Source: Clostridia bacterium
GTDB taxonomy: Bacteria > Bacillota > Clostridia > Christensenellales > QALW01
Assembly: GCA_045594045.1 (NCBI GenBank)
Contig: JAZNXV010000024.1
Coordinates: forward strand, 18,172-82,171
Direction of reading: 5' to 3'
Length of the DNA stretch: 64,000 nucleotides
The notes under the pieces are model-generated. The model was not told the origin of the DNA. It saw only the letters and a program-made list of their open reading frames with translations, and made no database searches. Both the position numbers and the translations under genes were made by a program. Of the stretch, positions 28,402-39,200 are shown piece by piece (position 1 is the first letter of the stretch; each line of letters starts with the position of its first letter).

Positions 28402-30007
28402 AATAGCCTCCTTGCTCGATTACGTCTGCAATATATGCGGCGTATTCTTTACACAACTCCATACTTTCTGATTCAATCATAATGCGTACAATGGGTTCTG
28501 TGCCGCTTGAACGAAGCAAAACTCTTCCTTTTTTATTTATTTTTGCTTCTATTTCATCACGAGCTTTAAGAACACTTGCATCGTTTAATACAGCGTTCTT
28601 ATCCTTAACGCGAATATTTTGTAAATATTGGGGATAGATTTTTACTTGACTTGAAAGCTCTGCCAAGCTCTGTTTGGAATCGCAAATTTCTTCTGCAAGC
28701 ATAATGGCGGTTAAAAGACCGTCGCCCGTGGTAGCGTATTTCTTTAATATAATATGACCTGATTGCTCGCCGCCTAAGCAATAATCGTTTTGCTGCATAC
28801 ATTCATATACGTAACGGTCGCCAACGGTTGTTTGTACGCAGTTAATGCCGATATCACTAAAACTTTCAAGAAGACCGCTGTTAGACATAACAGTTGCAAC
28901 AACGGTATCACTGTTCAATATTCCGCGAGATTTCAAGCGTTTTGCCAATATGTAAAGAATTTTATCGCCGTCAACTATGTCGCCGTTACTGTCAACGGCA
29001 ATACAGCGGTCACAATCTCCGTCAAACGCAAAGCCTAAATCAAGATGATTTTCTTTAACCAGCCTGCAAAGGTTTTCAATGTGAGTTGAACCGCAGTTTG
29101 CGTTAACGTTAAGACCGTCAGGCTCGGCACCGATTACGGTTGTTTGTGCACCAAGAGCGCCGAAAACAGATTTTGCAAGCATCCAGGAAGCACCGTTAGC
29201 ACAATCAAGACCGATTTTCAAGTTTTTGTATGAATGGGAAGCAATTGAAATTAAATAGCCTACGTAACGGTTTCTGCCGGAAACGTAGTCAACGATGCAA
29301 CCGATTTTTTCTCTTTGCGCTAAAGGTAAGTCGTTGCCGGAAATACCGAGTGCCTTCAGGTTACCATCTAAATATGCTTCAATAAGAGCGGTGGTATTAT
29401 CGTCAAGCTTTTCGCCAAACCGGTTAATAACCTTTATACCGTTATCGTAAAAAGGATTGTGTGATGCGGTGATCATAATACCGCAGTCAAATTCGTCCTG
29501 CCTTGTTACGTACGATACACTCGGAGTTGTGGTAACGTGAAGCATATATGCATCGGCACCGGAAGCGGTAATACCTGCAACAATGGAATATTCAAGCATA
29601 TAGCTTGAACGGCGGGTGTCCTTACCGATTACGATGCGCGGACGGTATCCGGCATTATTGCATCCGTAGAGCTGTGAAGAATAATACCAGCCTAAAAATC
29701 TACCTACCTTATAGGCCTGCATTGAGGTAAGGCTTAAATTTGCTTCACCTCGGAAGCCGTCGGTACCGAAATACTTGTTACCGCCCTCTGTACTTATGGA
29801 AGGAATAGAAATTTGGTCCTGTAAAAGCTCGTCGGTGGAAATACCAAACTGACGGCACAAAAGCAATACCTTGTCTATTTGGGGCAGAGCCTGATTCATT
29901 TCCCATTTTGAAATAGATTGACGCGAAACAGAAATTTTGTCTGCTAACTCTTCTTGTGAAATATTAAATGCAACGCGCAACTGTAGAATTTTTTCTCCTA
30001 TTGTCAT
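28394..30007 (-). CDS. glmM: Phosphoglucosamine mutase with N-terminal XRE helix-turn-helix domain
   Basis: ATG 30007 after AAGGAG; HTH (SQEELADKISVSRQSISKWE) continuous in frame with KYFGTDGFRG, TASHNP, DGDCDR, GGEQSGH, RSSGTEP. Confidence 0.9.
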   Translation of the reverse strand: MTIGEKILQLRVAFNISQEELADKISVSRQSISKWEMNQALPQIDKVLLLCRQFGISTDELLQDQISIPSISTEGGNKYFGTDGFRGEANLSLTSMQAYKVGRFLGWYYSSQLYGCNNAGYRPRIVIGKDTRRSSYMLEYSIVAGITASGADAYMLHVTTTPSVSYVTRQDEFDCGIMITASHNPFYDNGIKVINRFGEKLDDNTTALIEAYLDGNLKALGISGNDLPLAQREKIGCIVDYVSGRNRYVGYLISIASHSYKNLKIGLDCANGASWMLAKSVFGALGAQTTVIGAEPDGLNVNANCGSTHIENLCRLVKENHLDLGFAFDGDCDRCIAVDSNGDIVDGDKILYILAKRLKSRGILNSDTVVATVMSNSGLLESFSDIGINCVQTTVGDRYVYECMQQNDYCLGGEQSGHIILKKYATTGDGLLTAIMLAEEICDSKQSLAELSSQVKIYPQYLQNIRVKDKNAVLNDASVLKARDEIEAKINKKGRVLLRSSGTEPIVRIMIESESMELCKEYAAYIADVIEQGGYYV

Positions 30008-30107
30008 AAAAATCTCCTTTAAAACAATTATATTTGAAGTGTGCAACAAAATAATTAAGTAAGAGCATATAACACACAAACAGACGTTAAAAAATTACAA
30101 CATAAAT

Positions 30108-30174
30108 ATAATAGCAAACAGTACAGCAAATGACAACCAACTTAACAAGGAATTTTTTCGCAACTGCAGGTTGC
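30108..30174 (-). promoter_or_regulatory. Sigma-A promoter of HTH-glmM with upstream palindrome
   Basis: Minus strand TTGTCA, 17 nt spacer, TG-n-TATTAT; GCAAC-N5-GTTGC at 30160-30174. Confidence 0.55.
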
Positions 30175-30423
30175 TTATTGGACACAAACAGTTCGTTTTA
30201 AAATATATTATACGGTTAAATTAAAAATGATGCAAACAAAAGTTTACAACGCTTAAGAAATAAGCAGCTTTTTATAATTGTTTGTTGAGTTTTGTATAAT
30301 TACCGTATTTGGTGGATATAAAAACAAAAAAGATGTTTTAAAGCTTTGTACAAAACTTTAAATTTTTTCATAAATGCACTCTTAATATAAATCAATACCA
30401 GGGGAAATACCATTGTGAAGAAT

Positions 30424-30454
30424 AAAAAAAACGGCAGGTGTTGATCTGCCGTTT
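30424..30454 (-). terminator. Terminator after tRNA-Arg
   Basis: Minus strand ACGGCAG..CTGCCGT hairpin followed by a T run. Confidence 0.8.
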
Positions 30455-30530
30455 TGGTGTGCCTGACAGGAGTTGAACCTGCGACACCCAGAGTCGGAGT
30501 CTGGTGCTCTATCCACTGAGCTACAGACAC
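30455..30530 (-). tRNA. tRNA-Arg (anticodon CCG)
   Basis: GTGTCTGTAGCTCAGTGGATAGAGCACCAGACT-CCG-ACTCTGGGTGTCGCAGGTTCAACTCCTGTCAGGCACACCA; cloverleaf, A20 identity element, encoded CCA. Confidence 0.95.
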
Positions 30531-30654
30531 GTTATTGGGTACATTTTACACAAAAACGGCTTTTTTTGCAAGCAAAATATTATTCCCTTGCAAAAAAACA
30601 AAAAAGGCTGTACAATATATGCGTAAAAAGTTGTTTTATGAGGAAAAGTATAAG

Positions 30655-31278
30655 ATGAGTGGTTTATTGATTTCGTTTGAAGGTACCGACGGTTGCGGTA
30701 AAAGTACACAAATCAAGCTTTTAGCAAGCTACCTTAATGCAAAGGGCAGAGAGGTGGTTGTTTCACGCGAGCCCGGCGGTTGTCCTGTAGGTGAAAAAAT
30801 CCGTAATATTTTATTAAATGCCGATAACAGCGAAATTTCTTCTAAATGTGAGCTTCTGCTTTACGAGGCTGCTCGCGCGCAGCATATGAGCGAGGTGGTT
30901 TTACCTGCTTTGGAAGAAAATAAAATAGTTATTCTTGACAGATTTATTGATTCTACTTTAGCGTATCAGGGATATGGCAGGCAGTTAGGGGAAGAATGTG
31001 TTGACAATTTCAATCTTTTTGCCATTGATGGCAGAGTGCCCGATATTACTTTGATGCTGGAGCTTCCGCCTGAGGCTGCGTTTAAACGCAAGGGCGGAAA
31101 CGATAAAAAGGACCGTATGGAAATGGCGGGTAAGGAGTTTTTTGACAGAGTAAAAGCGGGCTTTGATGAAATAGCAAGCAAAAACACTAAAAGAATCGTT
31201 CGTGTTAACGTAGAAGGCAACTGTGAGCAAACCCACAAAAAAATATGTGCTTTAATTGATAAGCTTTTGGAGGGATAA
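30655..31278 (+). CDS. tmk: Thymidylate kinase
   Basis: ISFEGTDGCGKST, REPGG, LDRFIDSTLAYQGYGR; likely start ATG 30655. Confidence 0.95.
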   Translation: MSGLLISFEGTDGCGKSTQIKLLASYLNAKGREVVVSREPGGCPVGEKIRNILLNADNSEISSKCELLLYEAARAQHMSEVVLPALEENKIVILDRFIDSTLAYQGYGRQLGEECVDNFNLFAIDGRVPDITLMLELPPEAAFKRKGGNDKKDRMEMAGKEFFDRVKAGFDEIASKNTKRIVRVNVEGNCEQTHKKICALIDKLLEG

Positions 31279-31279
31279 A

Positions 31280-31561
31280 GTGAAGGACCCCGTTATTATA
31301 ATTGACGAAACACAAGATGAGGTTACAGAACTTTCGGAAGAAGAATTAGAAGAAAAATTGCGTAACGAGCGCTTGGAAAAATTAAAAAAGTCTAAAAAGG
31401 TAAAAAACAACAACAGTATTTCAGTTTTGCTAAAGATTATCGCTGTTTGCGGATTGATAGGTATTATGTACAGTATGCTTATTGAAAGCGGCGACGCCTT
31501 TGCGGTCAGCTTAGTAATTTTAATCGTTACGAGTATCTTTAGCTATCTTTATTATAAATAA
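31280..31561 (+). CDS. Small membrane protein (acidic N-terminus, two C-terminal TM helices)
   Basis: GTG 31280 after GGAGG; two hydrophobic segments. Confidence 0.6.
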   Translation: MKDPVIIIDETQDEVTELSEEELEEKLRNERLEKLKKSKKVKNNNSISVLLKIIAVCGLIGIMYSMLIESGDAFAVSLVILIVTSIFSYLYYK

Positions 31562-31575
31562 ACCGAAAAAAATTA

Positions 31576-31606
31576 AAATACCGACTGAGTTGAGTCGGTA
31601 TTTTTT
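31576..31606. terminator. Bidirectional terminator
   Basis: AAAATACCGACT..AGTCGGTATTTT between convergent genes. Confidence 0.8.
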
Positions 31607-31642
31607 TATACATTTTAGGTTGTAATTATCTGTTATGAAAAA

Positions 31643-33739
31643 TCAATTATTATTTTCCGTTGGCTTTCTCTTTAAGAAACGAAGACGTGACAGCTCAAAT
31701 TTGGGCGATGTAGCGGTAGTTGAGTTGATAAATAATTTAATGTAGCGGTAGTTAACGTCAAGAGGCTCGTAAGCCTTGGGCCATCTGCCGCCGATAGCGA
31801 TTCTGAAGCCGGGATGCTCGCTTATTAAATCATAATTTTCACCGTCGTTAGAGCCAAAGAAACGGTAATCAAAGTAGAAGGGCGAGGGCATCGTTGTTTC
31901 AAAGCGTATAAAGCCAACCTCAGTGGGCTTACCAAAGTCAACCACAATCGTTTGAGAAGTAGCATTTTTAAAGCCACGCCAAGTCTTTTCCTCGTCATCA
32001 ACCAATAGATTTTCAATGGGGAAGCCTTCCTCAAAGGAAGAAGCCGTAATTGCTGCAACGGCAATTTCATCGCCTGCTTCATTGCATTCACCTGCGTTGG
32101 GATAGATAAAGCCGCGGTGAACCTCAGTTTCGTAAGGACCTAAATCGTAAGAGTTCAAAAGTAAAATCCAATCACGGTTAGAGGGCTTGTTGGGAACGTC
32201 ATAAGCTCCGTCACTTGAAATAACATCGGGCAAATCAATAAACTTGCCGCTTATTGTGTTAAACCAACGTGCCTGATATTTAACGTTGGGCTTTAAACCG
32301 TAAAGAGTGCCCGTTTCGGCATCGTTTGCGTAGAAAAGAGCAACAAAAACGTCTTGTCCGATATGGGAAACGGATACGTATTTTCTAAGCTCGAACGCGC
32401 CGCAATCAACGGCAAAATTAGGCTCAAGCTTTGACCAGCCAACGTATTCATAGAACTTTTTTAAATACATAATCTGTTCGCTGCCGGGCTTATCCATACC
32501 GATATACCAGGGTTCAGGGGAATACGTTTCCCAACCGCAATCGTCTTTTTGATTCCAGCCCATAGCCCAAACGCCAGTTACACCGTAGGTAAAGCCGGCG
32601 CTTCCGCATTGAATTGCGTGATATGCGCCGATTCTTGAAGCATCGTGGCCGGTAAATCCGTTGCAATATATATCCTCGTATTGACATTCTGTTTCAATAT
32701 AAGGCTTAACTTTTTCGTTTTTATAATAGCTTTCGTAGAAGAAGCGCGGCTGAATGGTGCTTACGCCGCCGTGACCTGCCTGAAGAGTCCACCATTGATG
32801 CCAGGGCTGCGCGTCAAGCTTTTTAGCGCGCTCGTCGTCAGATTTCATTGGTAATGAGTGAGCACCGTTGGGGCGCTTATAGCCATCGAGCTTTCCAACT
32901 AATTCGCCAACCTTGCACCAGATATCAAAAACGTCCTTAACGTCGAATTCATAATTGATTTCTTGACCCGTTATCCAAATAACAGGGAAGCTGGCATATC
33001 TTGCAACGCAGTATCTTGCAAAGGCTAAAATAGGTTCGGGATTGCTTTTATATGCGGCAATGGAATTATTATGTACGCCAAAGCCGAGAGCAACGGTTAT
33101 ACCGCAGGAAGCGAGATATTCCATCATAATATCCATGGTGTCGTTAAAGGCTTGGGGATTGATTTTTGTATAGTTGTCTGTCCACCAACGGTTAACGGTT
33201 TTGTTGCCGCCGCCGTCAGACATAGCAGAATCAAAATACGTTTGATAAACGTTAAAGCCCTTCTTAACGCGGTCATCAACCAAGTGCTTAAATTGATTGC
33301 CACAGCTACAGCCCGGATAGTTACATTCGTGCAAACGCTCGTAGTCGGGCATCTGCCAATGGGTGTCACCGATATAGAAGAATGGTGTTCCGTCACCGTA
33401 AACGAGATAACGCTTGCCTTCCTCAAGACGCACGTAGCCGTGCCTTTCAAGGTCGTTTTTAGGTTCGCATTCGCTTGCTTCAATTATGCCGCAAGCACAG
33501 AGCGAGGAATTTTCTTTATCCGAGCAAGAAACGGAATAATTCCATTTGCCTGCTTTTTCGGGGCAAAAACGAACCTTCCATTCGCTTCCGCCGTTCCAGA
33601 ATCCGGGAAGGGTAATAACAGAGCCGTCTTCGTGAGTGAAAGTAGCATCTATTTCTACGTCTAAAAACGGATTTGAATAGCTTTTTGTGCTGTTTAAAAT
33701 TATTTCGCAACGTTTAAATGTGTTAGTAAGAATGTTCAT
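31643..33739 (-). CDS. GH140-like (DUF5060+DUF4038) glycoside hydrolase with C-terminal F5/8 (CBM32-like) domain
   Basis: NPFLDV..PGFWNGG..WKVRF, DGTPFFYIGDTHW, ETECQYED, AGFTYG, ARWFNT; C-terminal discoidin-like IVVDFG..GSNDG. Confidence 0.75.
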   Translation of the reverse strand: MNILTNTFKRCEIILNSTKSYSNPFLDVEIDATFTHEDGSVITLPGFWNGGSEWKVRFCPEKAGKWNYSVSCSDKENSSLCACGIIEASECEPKNDLERHGYVRLEEGKRYLVYGDGTPFFYIGDTHWQMPDYERLHECNYPGCSCGNQFKHLVDDRVKKGFNVYQTYFDSAMSDGGGNKTVNRWWTDNYTKINPQAFNDTMDIMMEYLASCGITVALGFGVHNNSIAAYKSNPEPILAFARYCVARYASFPVIWITGQEINYEFDVKDVFDIWCKVGELVGKLDGYKRPNGAHSLPMKSDDERAKKLDAQPWHQWWTLQAGHGGVSTIQPRFFYESYYKNEKVKPYIETECQYEDIYCNGFTGHDASRIGAYHAIQCGSAGFTYGVTGVWAMGWNQKDDCGWETYSPEPWYIGMDKPGSEQIMYLKKFYEYVGWSKLEPNFAVDCGAFELRKYVSVSHIGQDVFVALFYANDAETGTLYGLKPNVKYQARWFNTISGKFIDLPDVISSDGAYDVPNKPSNRDWILLLNSYDLGPYETEVHRGFIYPNAGECNEAGDEIAVAAITASSFEEGFPIENLLVDDEEKTWRGFKNATSQTIVVDFGKPTEVGFIRFETTMPSPFYFDYRFFGSNDGENYDLISEHPGFRIAIGGRWPKAYEPLDVNYRYIKLFINSTTATSPKFELSRLRFLKRKPTENNN

Positions 33740-33936
33740 ATAAAACCCTCCAAACAAAATTCCTATAAATTATAACATACACAAATAAATAATTCAATAG
33801 CAAAAATGTAGAAATTTACATTTTTTTTAGAATAAAAAAACAAAAAGCGCAGTAATTACCGCGCTTTTTATATTTAACAACTAATTTGAGATTCAATAAA
33901 GCCTAAAAAAACAAATCTGTGCCTCGGAAGAGAATG

Positions 33937-34719
33937 TCAGCCTAGCGTTACGTCAAGCACCATCATGACCGTAAAGCCCAAAAGACAGCCCACAACCGAG
34001 AAAATATTACCTTCCTTTTCGGCTTCGGGGATGAGCTCGCGGGCAACAACGAAAATCATTGCTCCTGCCGCAAAGGATAGGGCAAAGGGCAAAATAAAGG
34101 AAAAGAAGCCTACAAGTAACGCTCCCAAAACGGCGAAAATAGGTTCAACTACGGCGGAAAGCTGGCCAAAGAAAAAGCTTTTTTTCTTTGAAAAGCCGTC
34201 GCGATACAGCGGCACGGATACAGCCGCGCCCTCGGGAAAGTTTTGAAGTCCGATACCAAGAGCAATAGCCATTGGGGGCAAAACGTTGCTTAAGGTTAAT
34301 ACTTCTGCATTTTTCAGCGCACCAAAGGCAACGCCTACAGCCAAGCCTTCGGGAATGTTATGCAGAGTTATGGATGAAAAAAGCATAGCTGTACGCTTCG
34401 CCGTGCTTGAAAAATATGCTTTCGTCTGCATTTTTTGCATTAAAACGTCGGAAAAAACTAAAAATGCTCCACCGGAAAGAAATCCGAGCGTAACCGCTAA
34501 TATTGGCGGCGAAGCCGCAGAAGAAGATTCAAGTGCAGGAGAAAGGAGCGACCAAAAGCTTGCGGCAATCATTATGCCCGATGAAAAGCCAAGCATCGCG
34601 TTTAAGAGAGTAGTATTTAATTTTTTAAAAAAGAAAACTGTGGCTGCACCAAGTGCGGTTAAGAACCAGGTGCCCACAGCTGCAAAAAAGGCTAAAATAA
34701 GATAGTTCAAAATTACCAC
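33937..34719 (-). CDS. ZIP (ZupT/GufA) divalent metal transporter
   Basis: TLHNIPEGLAVG, LQNFPEGAAVS, FAAGAMIFVV.RELIPE. Confidence 0.92.
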   Translation of the reverse strand: MVILNYLILAFFAAVGTWFLTALGAATVFFFKKLNTTLLNAMLGFSSGIMIAASFWSLLSPALESSSAASPPILAVTLGFLSGGAFLVFSDVLMQKMQTKAYFSSTAKRTAMLFSSITLHNIPEGLAVGVAFGALKNAEVLTLSNVLPPMAIALGIGLQNFPEGAAVSVPLYRDGFSKKKSFFFGQLSAVVEPIFAVLGALLVGFFSFILPFALSFAAGAMIFVVARELIPEAEKEGNIFSVVGCLLGFTVMMVLDVTLG

Positions 34720-34782
34720 ATCCTCAAAAGCAATATATGAAATATTGCTCGATGCGGTGAAAAATTTAAAAGACAGTTACGT

Positions 34783-36060
34783 TTAGCGCTTGGCCTTTAT
34801 TTTTCCGGTACGCATATTTTCGTGCACTATTAAGAAGGCGCAGGCGGCGTAGAACAAAATGGCGAAAACTCTTGGAGAATACATAAAAATCAAGTCCTCC
34901 GTAATGCCTGCGGCAAAGAAGGCGGAAAGCGTAATAAAGGGGAAAATATAAAGTCTTCTGGAAGCGATACAGTAACGCACTGAAAGAATAAGCATATACA
35001 CACAGAAAACCATAAATAAAACGAACGCAATAATACCAAAATGACCGAGTACCGCCAAATACGTGTTATGTGCAGACGTTTGTTCTGCAGATAACACGTC
35101 AGCTGAAGAATAGAAGTCGGGTCCGTTACCAAACCAGGTGGCGTTGGAAATGGTATATTTCCAAATCATACCTCTGTTTGAAAACAGGTTGCCGTTTTGC
35201 AGAGAGGTAATGAACTTTTCCCAAGTGCTCATGTTTTCTATTGAGGCGATGGAATCCGAAGGCTCACTTATGCGGTCAAGGACGATAAAGCCCGAAACCG
35301 TCAGCGAAACAAGTAAAATTACGCACAATAAAATGGCAAAAACGATAGTGCTGTTTTTATAGGCGATTTTCTTTCGAGCAGAATAAAATTTAATGCTTAT
35401 GGCTATTACGAACAGAAAAATGGTAATCAAAATAGTTAAAAAGCCCGTTCTGCCGCCGGATTCGCCCGAAAGGTACAAAAGCTCCCCCACAAGACATGTT
35501 AAGCCCACGAAAACCTCGGCATAAAATTTGCTGGGGTTAAGCAGTACCCAGGCAAGCGCACACAGTAAAATAGGAAGGGACGTGGCAATGCTCAAGGAAA
35601 AATTATTGTTGATAAGCGGGAAGAAAATCAGTCCTGTAATTATATTCGCAATAACCGAACCGCCGCAGGACAAAAGGAAAAAGTTGAAAAAGCTTTCTTC
35701 CTGACCCATTATTACCAGGGCGGGTATAAACACCAAAATTAAAAGACTGTTAAGGGGAAAGCCGTGCAAGGCTTCCGAAAAAATACACACGGCACTGAAA
35801 ATAAGCCATAAATATAAGGGAAAGGTGTGAATTTTAAGTTGGGGGCGAATTTTTATAAGGGTTAAAGCTTCAAATACCAAGAAGGTTACGCCGGAGGCGC
35901 ACAGCACCGCAATTAACGGCCAAAGGGCAGCGGTGGAAACAAAAACTCTCGAAAGATCGTTAAGAGCGATTACGAGAGATAAAGAAATCAAACGCACGTA
36001 AAAATACGGCATCTTTAACAGCTTATTAAATTCGACTGTAAGCTTTGATTCGCCTGCCAT
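34783..36060 (-). CDS. O-antigen ligase / Wzy-like polytopic membrane protein
   Basis: Many TM helices; SGGRTG, SNRGMIW, FGNG, SAHNTYL. Confidence 0.75.
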   Translation of the reverse strand: MAGESKLTVEFNKLLKMPYFYVRLISLSLVIALNDLSRVFVSTAALWPLIAVLCASGVTFLVFEALTLIKIRPQLKIHTFPLYLWLIFSAVCIFSEALHGFPLNSLLILVFIPALVIMGQEESFFNFFLLSCGGSVIANIITGLIFFPLINNNFSLSIATSLPILLCALAWVLLNPSKFYAEVFVGLTCLVGELLYLSGESGGRTGFLTILITIFLFVIAISIKFYSARKKIAYKNSTIVFAILLCVILLVSLTVSGFIVLDRISEPSDSIASIENMSTWEKFITSLQNGNLFSNRGMIWKYTISNATWFGNGPDFYSSADVLSAEQTSAHNTYLAVLGHFGIIAFVLFMVFCVYMLILSVRYCIASRRLYIFPFITLSAFFAAGITEDLIFMYSPRVFAILFYAACAFLIVHENMRTGKIKAKR

Positions 36061-36292
36061 AATACTCCTTAAAAATACGGTTAAATGCGATTTTACCGTT
36101 TCATTTAATTAAATGACAACCGTAATGTAAATTAATTAAAAAGCAAAAGTGACTTTTTTCTTATTATACACGGAATTATAAAAAAGTCAAATTTTAAGCC
36201 GCACAGCAAAAGAAATAGGTAAAATGTGTATTTTAACCTTTATTTTGTAAATAATAGAAAGACAAATGCAAAAAAAGCAAATGGAGGTAAAA

Positions 36293-39200
36293 ATGGAAAG
36301 CACACGTACCTTAAAGAAATCGGTCAAAAAGCTTTACGGCACATTACAGAGCATATTAAACGATAAAGATAACAGTCTTAACGAAACGGAATGGGTTAGA
36401 GATAATAAAAACAGATTGCTTAATATATGTGCCGCTTTGATGAGAGGTTTTCCTGAAATGCGCTTGCCAATGGGTTATGAGAACCCAAGAATTTACGAGT
36501 TGGCACGGGAATTTGTTTTTCAAGCGGGCGGCAATATAAATCAAGAAATTTGTTTAAGCCTTAAGGATTTTAACTTAACGAGCCTTGAATTTGAATTTTT
36601 ACCTACTGCGCTGACGTTATCCTTACTTGAATTTTTCGTTGCGGCTATGAAGAGCACTGATATACCCAAGGAAAATCTGTTTTCGTGCATACGCTCCTTG
36701 ATTTTGTTTTCCGAAATTGATTTTGACGCCTTGCGTGAAGAATGTATGCCGTATGAAAAAATTTTGCAGGCGGATTACGGATATTCGGTTTCCGATAAGC
36801 AGACTCAGGCAGTATACAGAAAAAGAATAAACGAAATCTCTCTTAAGACGAAAAAAAGCGAAGAAGAAATATGTTTTTTGGCTCAAGCAACAGCATGTAA
36901 AAATATAACAGATAATTTATTCGGTGCAGATAAAGCCATATTTTACGAAAGCTTAGGAATAGGCAATATGCTAAATAACGTAAAAAGACGTGTTTTAGTC
37001 TACGTTGGGGCAACAATGGCATTTGCAGGACTTCTTTTGGCGCTTTTGGGCGCGATCCCCGTGATGTTTAAAATTAAAGTGTTGCTTTTGCTTGCGTCTA
37101 TCGCGCCGAGCATCGTCTTTTCTGCAAACGTTATTAACCGTTTTGTTATGAGAAGGCTTCCTTTAAACAAGCCAATGCGCGTTAAGCCCGCTATTGCGGA
37201 TGCAAAGGAAAACAAGACGGCAGTTATTCTTACGGTGCTTATCACAAGCGTAAAGGATGCCGAAAGGGCATTGAAAACCATAGAAGAATATTTTTCCGGA
37301 AACCGTCTTAACAACGGTGTTTTCGGCATATTGGCAGATTTAAAGCAAAGTGATAATAAAACGGAGAGCAACGATATTGCAATTATAAGAGCTCTGGAAG
37401 AAAAAATTGAAGAGCTTAACAAAAAATATGAAAAGAAATTTTCGTTGATTGTAAGAGAGAGGGTAGGACAGGACGGCGTTTTTTCGGGCTGGGAGCGTAA
37501 GCGCGGTGCAATAGAAATGCTTGTGGATTTTATTGCAGAGCAAAAGCATTCGTTCAGAGCATTTATAAATCCCGAAGCCTTTAAGGACGTAAAGTATATT
37601 TGTACTCTTGATGCCGACACCGTAGTTCCGCCTGATTCCGTTGTAAAGCTTTTAGGTGTGCTTGTGCACCCTGCAAACAAGCTTGGTATATATTCGCGCT
37701 CAACGGTGGGGTACGGTCTTGTACAGCCCTTTATTGGTAATTCGCCCGGCAAACAAACGTTGTTTTCAAAAATAATGTCTCCTGCAGGCGGAATAGATGC
37801 TTATAATGCACCCGTAAAGGAATTGTATAACGATTATTTTTCTTCGGGGACCTTTTGCGGAAAGGGTATTTTCAGCGTAGCCGGTTACCGTGCACTTGTT
37901 AAAAATAAAATTCAGCCAAACACCGTGCTTTCTCACGACTTGCTTGAGGGCGAACTATTGGGAAGCATTGGTGCAAATGACGTATCGTTTTTAGACGAAT
38001 ATCCGCAAAATCCCATTTCATACTATAAGCGCGCTGAAAGATGGCAAAGGGGAGATTGGCAGCTTTTTCCGTGGTTGTTTTCCTCTTTGGGCGCTGTTTC
38101 AAAATGGAAGATATTTTATAATTTAGTGCAGTCGTTGTTTTCGGTAGGAATTTTTTTACAGGCCGTAATTGCGCCGTTTTGCTATATATGGGCGTACTTG
38201 GTTTGGGGAATTTGCTTAATAGAAATTGCTTTGCCCAGCATTTTCTTATATATCGATTCCTTTAGATTTGATAAAGACGCAAACAGCTTTTTCGATAACA
38301 GAATTAACAGACGTAACAGCCTTAAACGTTCCTTGATAAAAATGCTGTTTTTGCCGTTTGAATTTTTTATGGGCATAAGCGCGGCGGTAAAGGGCATTTG
38401 GAGAAGATGTATCAGTAAAAAGAAGGTGCTTGAGTGGAATACCTATGCCTCAAGTGCACATTATTCAAGCAAGACGGAGAGCTATAACTTTTTCTTTGCA
38501 AATATTGTTCTGGCTGTGATTTTTTATTTTATATGCCTTTGGCAAGGAATTGGCGTAATATTGGGCTTGCTTGCAGCTGCAGGGTGGTGTATAGCACCGA
38601 GTATTGCCGATGCACTTTCAAGGGAAGAGTCGGAATACCATGAAAAGCTTTTGCCCGATGAAAAGCACAATTTAAAATTACTTGCCGTACGGACGGCACA
38701 GTTTTTCCACGAAGCACTTGAAGAAAACGGCTATATTATGCCTGATAATCTTCAGCTTAAGCCGTATAAGGGCTATGCTATGCGCACGTCGCCTACCAAT
38801 ATGGGCTTTGCACTTTTGAGCCCCCTTATAAGCTTAAAACTTGGACTGTATTCGCCTAAAAAATGTGTTGAAAGCATTAAGAAACAAATATTAAAAAGCG
38901 AAACTCTTGAAAAATACAACGGGCATTTTTACAATTGGTATGATTTAAACAGTTCAAAGCCTCTGTGTAAATATGTTTCTACTGTGGATAGTGGAAATTA
39001 CTGTGCAGCTCTTATAACCGTTTTAGGCGGACTTGATTATATTAAGAACAAAAAAATTCTCACTCGAAACGATTGCTTGGGATTGGCAGATGCAATTTTA
39101 GCTTGCGTTGATAACGCGGAAGAGGACTTTGAGGTGTACCTTAAGGCCTATGTAACTGATTTTTCCGAGACGGATTTAAAAAATATGCCTCGGCGTATAA

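Noticed and set aside
27700-30455. Genomic island integrated at the tRNA-Arg 3' end carrying HTH-glmM
   Set aside because: No integrase and no duplicated tRNA 3' end found by eye
30300-30709. Short ORFs around 30300-30709 and the 30535 extension of tmk
   Set aside because: They overlap the tRNA-Arg gene and the divergent promoter region
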